Positions 25,289 through 30,283 of a DNA stretch of 33,909 bases are shown in pieces. This DNA is from a virus. The position numbers were made by a program, and so were the translations under genes. The DNA lies in the IMG/VR virus record IMGVR_UViG_3300011116_000306, positions 1 to 33,909 of that record; one strand, 5' to 3'. Every line of letters starts with the position of its first letter. Within the stretch, counting starts at the first letter, position 1. The notes under the pieces are model-generated. The model was given only the letters and a program-made list of their open reading frames with translations, was not told the DNA's origin and ran no database searches.

Positions 25289-25546
25289 TTAGCCGTCGCC
25301 GGAGCCGTAGCCGGAGCCGTAGCCGGAGCCGTAGCCGTAGCCGTCGCCGTAGCCGTAGCCGGAGCCGTAGCCGGAGCCGGAGCCGTAGCCGGAGCCGGAG
25401 CCGTCGCCGTAGCCGTAGCCGTAGCCGGAGCCGTCGCCGTAGCCGGAGCCGGAGCCGTCGCCGTAGCCGTAGCCGGAGCCGTAGCCGGAGCCGGAGCCGT
25501 CGCCGTAGCCGTAGCCGGAGCCGTAGCCGTCATTTACTTTGCCCAT
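25289..25546 (-). CDS. Alternating (Gly-Tyr/Ser/Asp)n low-complexity mini-protein (85 aa); reading frame uncertain
   Basis: ATG 25546 has GAGG 6 nt upstream. Product is MGKVND + (G-X)39 + G with X only Y, S or D. Two other minus-strand frames are also open across the array. Confidence 0.45.
   Translation of the reverse strand: MGKVNDGYGSGYGYGDGSGSGYGSGYGYGDGSGSGYGDGSGYGYGYGDGSGSGYGSGSGYGSGYGYGDGYGYGSGYGSGYGSGDG
25292..25528. repeat. Hexanucleotide array: GCC + 39 units of GTAGCC / GGAGCC / GTCGCC
   Basis: Read directly from the sequence. No unit deviates from these three variants. Confidence 0.95.
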
Positions 25547-25911
25547 CCCGCACCTCGAAGGCACTTTTCGCCTTCTTTCGTCGTCGGAATAATCTCAATC
25601 ACTTGCATCAGCAAAATGCTGTCAACGGAATCACTAATCTTGGATGTCTTTTCCACGCCCTTGGACGCAATTTCGTGCAGCGTATTGGCACCCGTCCACG
25701 ACCAAATGCGCTTGGCATCAGTCAGCACACATTCCTGGCCGTTGCGGGATTTCAAAACCCCCACATGCACACCAGCCGAATAAGTGCGGACTACAACGTA
25801 TTTCCCAACAAACTCGCAGCACATATTGTTAGACGCCGCCTGTTGATTACCAAACATACACGCAAGTTGCTTGGCTTCTCCGATAGTCAAATCATCAATT
25901 TTCATGTTCAT
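25534..25911 (-). CDS. Conserved-looking hypothetical phage protein (125 aa)
   Basis: AGGAGAA SD. The sequence GKYVVVRTYSAGVHVGVLKSRNGQECVLTDAKRIWSWTGANTLHEIA resembles proteins I have seen in other phages. No family name assigned. Confidence 0.65.
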   Translation of the reverse strand: MNMKIDDLTIGEAKQLACMFGNQQAASNNMCCEFVGKYVVVRTYSAGVHVGVLKSRNGQECVLTDAKRIWSWTGANTLHEIASKGVEKTSKISDSVDSILLMQVIEIIPTTKEGEKCLRGAGWAK

Positions 25912-25923
25912 TCTCCTGTGGTG

Positions 25924-25957
25924 AAAAAATGCCAGCTTCGCACACTACTGCGCTGGC
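25924..25957 (-). terminator. Candidate intrinsic terminator/attenuator inside the leftward operon
   Basis: Minus strand reads GCCAGC-GCAGTAGTGTGCGAA-GCTGGC followed by ATTTTTT. It sits between the stop at 25993 and the SD of the 25911 gene. Confidence 0.5.
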
Positions 25958-25992
25958 GACAGTTTAGGGGACGCTTCGGGGCGCGTGTGCGA

Positions 25993-26175
25993 TTAGTTTA
26001 ATTCTTGCCTGATCCAAATTTGAACGCCGGTCTGCATTAAGGTTTCATGCAAAAAATTTATATGTTCCTGCATTTTGCTGCGCTGGCTTTTCAAATCTCT
26101 TACCAGCCTCACTAGTTGGCGATGGCTGTCCAGCAGATCGTTGTACGGTATTTTGTACTGCGATTTTGCACTCAT
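25993..26175 (-). CDS. Small helical protein (60 aa); overlaps the alternative ORF 26045-26281
   Basis: MSAKSQYKIPYNDLLDSHRQLVRLVRDLKSQRSKMQEHINFLHETLMQTGVQIWIRQELN looks protein-like. It overlaps the zinc-ribbon ORF by 131 nt in another frame. Confidence 0.4.
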   Translation of the reverse strand: MSAKSQYKIPYNDLLDSHRQLVRLVRDLKSQRSKMQEHINFLHETLMQTGVQIWIRQELN

Positions 26176-26281
26176 AACACCGCACTACGCCTTTCTGTGG
26201 TTCCCAAACAGCCCATGCACCTTGCGCCAATCCAGCGCCGCACCTGCATTTGCAAGCCCATTTGACGTTTATTGCCTTCAT
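26045..26281 (-). CDS. Small zinc-ribbon-like protein (78 aa as an ORF; C-terminal half doubtful)
   Basis: ATG 26281 forms an ATGA overlap with the upstream stop. MKAINVKWACKCRCGAGLAQGAWAVWEPQKGVVRCYECK carries CxC...CxxC. The tail looks like non-coding translation. Confidence 0.4.
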   Translation of the reverse strand: MKAINVKWACKCRCGAGLAQGAWAVWEPQKGVVRCYECKIAVQNTVQRSAGQPSPTSEAGKRFEKPAQQNAGTYKFFA

Positions 26282-26817
26282 TCGCAGCGCCATTCTTCAA
26301 CCTGGCGCTTCAGCCCTCTGGGCCATTCGGTCGAAGTCGTAAATGACTTGTCACGAAAAACTACTTTGTCGGTCGGCTGAATAGTCAAACGTCCATTGTT
26401 TAAACGCACAAACGTAAACTCTTTGCTTTGCCTTGGGTCACGGCTGAAAGCATCGTTGATTGGCGCAACAGTGAATAGATATACGCCTTTGTGCCCACCT
26501 AGCGTTTCACAATCCAAACCATCCAACGCCGGATAAACCAACGTGCTAAACTGTGGTCCGTAGCAATCCCAAATCTGCGCGTCCTTAATGCTCCAATCCA
26601 GCTTGGGACACTGTGTAAACGCCAGCGCATGGGGCGGTAGGTTGCGATAAATCGCACCGTTTTCCAAAAGCACGTTACAGCCCCAAGCCAATCCGTATTT
26701 GCTTACCAGGCCAAACCAACGCACCGGCACAAAGCCTATCGCCTCACGCATAAAAAACGCGCTGTCTGCGTATATGTCCAAATGATACGGCAGCGCACCG
26801 CTATTACTGTAGATCAT
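26278..26817 (-). CDS. Hypothetical protein (179 aa)
   Basis: Long ORF in the leftward operon. No motif recognised. Confidence 0.6.
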   Translation of the reverse strand: MIYSNSGALPYHLDIYADSAFFMREAIGFVPVRWFGLVSKYGLAWGCNVLLENGAIYRNLPPHALAFTQCPKLDWSIKDAQIWDCYGPQFSTLVYPALDGLDCETLGGHKGVYLFTVAPINDAFSRDPRQSKEFTFVRLNNGRLTIQPTDKVVFRDKSFTTSTEWPRGLKRQVEEWRCE

Positions 26818-26857
26818 GCACTCACCCTAACGCTAAGGCAACCCGCTTGGCAATAGG

Positions 26858-27127
26858 CTATTGGCAACACTGTTTGACCATCTGCTCGATGCACAATTCA
26901 TCAGTCTGGATATGCTGATAAATGTCACCTGGCGCGTCAGTGCCGTCAGCCAGCTTGGCCGATAGTACGTCGATCTCTGGCCCGTGCGCGGGTTCCCAGT
27001 AGCTACCAGGAAACCCTGGCATGTAATTGTATTGCACCGTCACATCAATTTCCTCCGGCGCGTCCTCGGGATGGTCGGGGCGTAGGTGCGGCAGATAGAT
27101 TGACAGCGTGATTTCGTGTTTACGCAT
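26858..27127 (-). CDS. Hypothetical acidic protein (89 aa)
   Basis: Start overlaps the upstream stop by 8 nt. Translation MRKHEITLSIYLPHLRPDHPEDAPEEIDVTVQYNYMPGFPGSYWEPAHGPEIDV... Confidence 0.55.
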   Translation of the reverse strand: MRKHEITLSIYLPHLRPDHPEDAPEEIDVTVQYNYMPGFPGSYWEPAHGPEIDVLSAKLADGTDAPGDIYQHIQTDELCIEQMVKQCCQ

Positions 27128-27866
27128 GGCACTGCTCCAACAGCGAGATTAACTTATCGGACATGCGCTGATATGCCCCCGCCGCCGCATCCGCCGCCTC
27201 CGCCGCCACATCCGCCGCCGCCCTCGCCGCCGCCCTCGCCGCCGCCCTCGCCGCCGCCCTCGCCGCCCACCTCGCCGCCCACGCCGCCGCATCCGCCGCA
27301 TCCGCCGCCGCCGCCCACGCCGCCGCCCGCGCCGCCCACCTCGCCGCCGCTTTCGCCGCATCCGCCACCCACGCCTCCGCCCGCGCCGCCTCCGCCGCCC
27401 CCCGCGCCGCCGCCTCACGGTCAACCGGCTCGCCGCAAGTCAGCGGCAGCAACACATCAGCGCATTTCGCAATAGCAGCGTTTACACGCTTGTCGTTTGT
27501 TTTCGGCAATTCGTCGGTCAACAGCCAGTGCAAGAACTTCCACCCCACCCGCGATAAATCCGCGCCAGGGATGATGGCGGCGCTAAACCGCACAGGCCAC
27601 TTCATCGCGTCGGCATTGGCAAGCCCCTCAAATATTGCATCTTCTAGCCGCGCCAGCATCTGCGGGATACCGAGCAGCCGTTCGTATTCGGCATGTTTGT
27701 TTGTTTCAATCGCGCCGAGACTGTGCAAAGTACAGCCCACCGCGCACCCTTTGCCGTCCTCCCAATACTGGCCCTTCACCAGCCGGTCGACGTCGGCGTG
27801 AGCCTGTAGATCAGCCAGTAGCTTGGCCTTGATGGCCGGGTCATTGTGATATGCGAGCAGGGTCAT
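27120..27866 (-). CDS. Two-domain protein (248 aa): globular N-terminal domain plus Ala/Arg/Trp-rich repeat domain
   Basis: Start set at ATG 27866 (ATGA overlap). Non-repetitive N-terminus (...KGQYWEDGKGCAVGCTLHS...) followed by ...AARWAARAAAWAAAADAADAAAWAARWAARAAARAAARAAARAAADVAAEAADAAAGA and the tail YQRMSDKLISLLEQCHA. Confidence 0.65.
   Translation of the reverse strand: MTLLAYHNDPAIKAKLLADLQAHADVDRLVKGQYWEDGKGCAVGCTLHSLGAIETNKHAEYERLLGIPQMLARLEDAIFEGLANADAMKWPVRFSAAIIPGADLSRVGWKFLHWLLTDELPKTNDKRVNAAIAKCADVLLPLTCGEPVDREAAARGAAEAARAEAWVADAAKAAARWAARAAAWAAAADAADAAAWAARWAARAAARAAARAAARAAADVAAEAADAAAGAYQRMSDKLISLLEQCHA
27214..27261. repeat. Four perfect tandem copies of the 12-mer GCCGCCGCCCTC (encodes AARA x4 on the minus strand)
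   Basis: Counted directly. It is embedded in about 240 nt (27176-27420) of GCC-periodic sequence. Confidence 0.95.
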
Positions 27867-27952
27867 GCGATCACCATAAGCCAAAGATAAATTACACCTA
27901 ACAGCGCGAGCAGCGCCGCACCTTCTGCGATTGCGATAAATAGCTGTTTCAT
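27863..27952 (-). CDS. Tiny hydrophobic peptide (29 aa, single TM)
   Basis: Not in the track. Translation MKQLFIAIAEGAALLALLGVIYLWLMVIA. ATGA overlaps with both the upstream stop and the downstream start. Confidence 0.45.
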   Translation of the reverse strand: MKQLFIAIAEGAALLALLGVIYLWLMVIA

Positions 27953-28182
27953 TGTTCCCACCCTGTAATGACTACGAACTCAGCCCCACCTTCGGGCAAC
28001 TGCACCTGTAGATACTTGCCAGTCATTCCATGCACCCGCATGAACGATTGCGCGGCTTTCAAATGATCGGCCTTTGTGTTTTGTGCCGGCGAAAAGAGCA
28101 TTTTGGCATCATGGCTCCAGGCGCTTATGCGTCCGGTTTTTGTGCCTGTGGGCGGGTGGTACTTGGTTAAAATGGCGAGCAT
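27949..28182 (-). CDS. Hypothetical protein (77 aa)
   Basis: GAGGA SD. Translation MLAILTKYHPPTGTKTGRISAWSHDAKMLF... Confidence 0.55.
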   Translation of the reverse strand: MLAILTKYHPPTGTKTGRISAWSHDAKMLFSPAQNTKADHLKAAQSFMRVHGMTGKYLQVQLPEGGAEFVVITGWEQ

Positions 28183-28200
28183 GTAATCCTCAAGAAATAT

Positions 28201-28223
28201 GGGCGGGGCGCTAGGCCCCGCCC
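28201..28223 (-). terminator. GC-rich hairpin (GGGCGGGGC-n5-GCCCCGCCC) after the SprT-like gene; weak terminator or RNA-stability element
   Basis: Perfect 9-bp stem. On the minus strand it is followed by ATATTTCTTG, a poor U-tract. A second small hairpin (28225-28239) encloses the stop codon. Confidence 0.4.
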
Positions 28224-28230
28224 GGTTGCG

Positions 28231-28794
28231 TTACGCAACGTTGATTGACCCGCCGCAATGGCAAGTCGGAAGGCCAGCGTCCACATTCTTTTGCGCTGTG
28301 CGGCAGGTCCAGCCGCAATCGTCGCAAGCCAACTTAATCATGCGGGTATTTTGCTTTTTGCGCCCGGAGAGTGCGGTATTGAGCGCCGCATGAGGATATG
28401 CGCCAAGCTGAGAGATAATGGCCGTTAGGCGGGCTGTAAGATCGGCACCGGCAGTTGTGCTAGTCATTTTGCCCTCCAGGCCAAGGGCAAGCGCAAGGCG
28501 TTTAAACGCGCCTTTGTGCCCATGCTCTAGGCCAACAGCGGCATGAACCAACTCATGCACAAGGATAGCCAGGACGTTGGTTGCGTTGGACTGTGAGGGA
28601 CAAATAAAGACTTCGGTGGTTGCATCGGCGCTTGCGGCAGGGGACCAGCACTCGCCAATGCGCTTGAGCTTTCCGCCCTTGCCGCCAGCAGGGATACCGA
28701 CAGATACGCGGACGGGAGGGAGCGGGTAACCCTGGGCATTGAACCAGGGGGACATAAGAGCGGTAGCAGCGTTAAGGTATTCTTCGCGGGTCAT
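28231..28794 (-). CDS. SprT-like zinc metallopeptidase with C-terminal zinc ribbon (187 aa)
   Basis: HExxH in LAILVHELVHAAVGLEHGHKGAFKRLA. C-terminal CDDCGW...CHCGG. Confidence 0.65.
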   Translation of the reverse strand: MTREEYLNAATALMSPWFNAQGYPLPPVRVSVGIPAGGKGGKLKRIGECWSPAASADATTEVFICPSQSNATNVLAILVHELVHAAVGLEHGHKGAFKRLALALGLEGKMTSTTAGADLTARLTAIISQLGAYPHAALNTALSGRKKQNTRMIKLACDDCGWTCRTAQKNVDAGLPTCHCGGSINVA

Positions 28795-28823
28795 GGGCTG
28801 TATTCCTTTGCAGGGTTAAAGCT

Positions 28824-28852
28824 AACGGGGAGGACGTTATGCCCTCCCCGTT
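28824..28852. other. 10-bp hairpin (aacggggagg / cctccccgtt); the T-tract follows only in the plus orientation
   Basis: Read directly. It lies between two minus-strand genes, and the minus-strand -35-like TTGACA abuts it. Confidence 0.4.
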
Positions 28853-28858
28853 TTATTG

Positions 28859-29041
28859 TCAAGCGGGTTGTTTATAAACTACTTCAAACGTTGGTAATGG
28901 TTCCATTTTAAGTTCTTTCGCAGCATCTATTTCCCTTTCGCCCCAAAATTTCGCCTTTTTGCGCGTGGCAAAGTATTTAATAATTTCGCCAGGGCATTGG
29001 GGCCAATTATCTTTGATAATGCAGACGTAAAGTGACTTCAT
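28859..29041 (-). CDS. Hypothetical protein (60 aa), lower GC than its neighbours
   Basis: ORF MKSLYVCIIKDNWPQCPGEIIKYFATRKKAKFWGEREIDAAKELKMEPLPTFEVVYKQPA, 2 nt after the upstream stop. Confidence 0.5.
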   Translation of the reverse strand: MKSLYVCIIKDNWPQCPGEIIKYFATRKKAKFWGEREIDAAKELKMEPLPTFEVVYKQPA

Positions 29042-29043
29042 GG

Positions 29044-29409
29044 TTAAGCCTCCTCTGTTTCAAGTTCAAATTGTTCTAATTCGCTTTCAACACTAGACGC
29101 CCATAATTCAACCGCAGTTGAAAGGTAGAAACAGGCTAGGCCGGACCAGCTTTCGCCTCGCTTTGGTTGCGGTAGTTCGCCCAGCTGATCCTCAATAAAC
29201 TGTAAGACTTCATCGCCATCCTCGGACATGACAGCAAGCGCCTTGTGATACGTCACGGCCGGCATATATGCGCCTGAAGCGCAGCCGCCTTGGACAATGG
29301 CGGCGACATCACTGGGGGTAATGTTTTGGTCAATCCAGATCGGCAGATTGAGGTCTAGGCCAGGAATGTCTTCAATCGCGGTTTCTGTGTTCCAGAGGTC
29401 CATTGTCAT
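29044..29409 (-). CDS. Strongly acidic protein (121 aa)
   Basis: By my count, about 23 Asp/Glu against 3 Lys/Arg. Conserved-looking core ITPSDVAAIVQGGCASGAYMPAVTYHKA. ATGA overlap with the upstream gene. Confidence 0.6.
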   Translation of the reverse strand: MTMDLWNTETAIEDIPGLDLNLPIWIDQNITPSDVAAIVQGGCASGAYMPAVTYHKALAVMSEDGDEVLQFIEDQLGELPQPKRGESWSGLACFYLSTAVELWASSVESELEQFELETEEA

Positions 29410-29675
29410 TGCTCCTTGATGCCGGTGGCTTTGGCGATGGCTTCATCGCACAATTCCCTAATCCCATTCGCATCAAGAGAAGGCGCGTGAAGTGCAATTG
29501 TTTCCAAAATTTGAAGCATGAAAGGCGCGGCGGCGATTAGGGCGGCGTTGGCGTCGATTGTTTCCACAGACGTATCGCCATAATTTCCGTCTGCATCAAA
29601 AACCGTATAATTTGCGCGGCTGTAATCTTTGTGTATGGTCCACGGGCCGGGGGTGTGTTTGGTGGTCATTGTCAT
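29406..29675 (-). CDS. Hypothetical protein (89 aa) with N-terminal HTPGPW motif
   Basis: ORF MTMTTKHTPGPWTIHKD... Its start context GAGCAATGACAATG is shared with the next gene. Confidence 0.55.
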   Translation of the reverse strand: MTMTTKHTPGPWTIHKDYSRANYTVFDADGNYGDTSVETIDANAALIAAAPFMLQILETIALHAPSLDANGIRELCDEAIAKATGIKEQ

Positions 29676-29680
29676 TGCTC

Positions 29681-29863
29681 TTAGATATTGCGCGGCTGAT
29701 TGGTTACGGCTTCAAAGCCATAGCCAAGCTGTTTGATTGTTTCGATCTGATGGTGGTTAAAGGTTTTTACGCCGAGCAGCTTGGCAAACAGTTTTGCCTG
29801 ATCGCAGACCGGGTAAACCAGGTCATTGCCGTAAACGCTGCGGAATTGAATTTGGAGGGTCAT
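29681..29863 (-). CDS. Hypothetical protein (60 aa), first gene of the leftward operon
   Basis: ATG 29863 with AAGGAA SD is preferred over the longer track ORF. Translation MTLQIQFRSVYGNDLVYPVCDQAKLFAKLLGVKTF... Confidence 0.55.
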   Translation of the reverse strand: MTLQIQFRSVYGNDLVYPVCDQAKLFAKLLGVKTFNHHQIETIKQLGYGFEAVTNQPRNI

Positions 29864-29900
29864 GTTGCGTATTCCTTTTGTGGGTTGTGCTAACGGCTTG

Positions 29901-29929
29901 TTTATATATAGCCCTAATGTATAACACAA
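29901..29929 (-). promoter_or_regulatory. Candidate leftward promoter (-35 TTGTGT, 17 nt, -10 TATAAA)
   Basis: Read on the minus strand, about 40 nt upstream of ATG 29863. Flanked by the ATAAACAA(C/G)CCG motif copies. Confidence 0.3.
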
Positions 29930-30046
29930 GCGGGTTGTTTATTACATGGTTGTAAGGTGGGAAAATATTTTATGCTGCAAGTGCGTAAAAATTCAGATAT
30001 GCCGATAAATACGCGTTAACATCGTTGGTAACTTTACGACATTTTA

Positions 30047-30074
30047 TTGCGAGCGCGAGTTATGCCTATAAAAT
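30047..30074 (+). promoter_or_regulatory. Candidate rightward (late-operon) promoter (-35 TTGCGA, 16 nt, -10 TAAAAT)
   Basis: Read on the plus strand, about 300 nt upstream of the terS-like gene. Confidence 0.3.
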
Positions 30075-30224
30075 AAGGATAAGTCGAATTGCTGTGGTGC
30101 AATATAACTGGTGGAAACAAGCAATAACATTTTAAGCCGCTTGCGTAAACTGGAATGGAAACGCGGAATAACTGTTTAGTAACAAGGCATTACATTTGAA
30201 TAACTTTGGGCGGGCCAATGGAAA

Positions 30225-30283
30225 CAGCAAAATCCCCCCCCCCTAAGGGGGGGATTGCTGCTTTCGGCTGATGTTATTTTTTT
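30225..30283 (+). terminator. C10/G7 hairpin (CAGCAA[AA]TCCCCCCC...GGGGGGGATTGCTG) followed by CTTTCGG and a later T7 run
   Basis: Read directly. The stem has a 2-nt bulge. It is terminator-like in either orientation and lies in the leader of the late operon. Confidence 0.45.

Noticed and set aside
25292-25528. Possible CRISPR array or replication iterons
   Set aside because: The units are 6 nt, contiguous, and have no spacers. This is far too short and regular for CRISPR repeats or iterons, and there are no cas or initiator genes adjacent.
25267-25533. Minus-strand (Ala-Thr/Pro)n ORF across the hexamer array, with an ATG directly abutting the upstream TAA
   Set aside because: Not annotated as the gene because the Gly-X frame has the clearer SD. 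It is not truly excluded, and only expression data or comparative data can decide between the two frames.
25286-25783. Plus-strand 165-aa ORF starting with (Ala-Val/Gly)n
   Set aside because: It is antisense to two well-supported minus-strand genes and has no SD. It is open only because the hexamer periodicity removes stop codons.
27116-27475. Plus-strand poly-Pro ORF (PPPPHPPPPS...), plus minus-strand poly-Arg and poly-Gly ORFs at 27149-27424 and 27154-27372
   Set aside because: These are by-products of the GCC periodicity. Only the Ala-rich frame is continuous with non-repetitive N- and C-terminal sequence and with ATGA coupling.
29401-29682. Shared 14-nt start context GAGCAATGACAATG of two adjacent minus-strand genes (starts at 29409 and 29675)
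   Set aside because: The repeat is real but short. It is most simply explained by similar SD/start contexts (both products begin MTM), and it is not enough evidence for duplication or a regulatory site.
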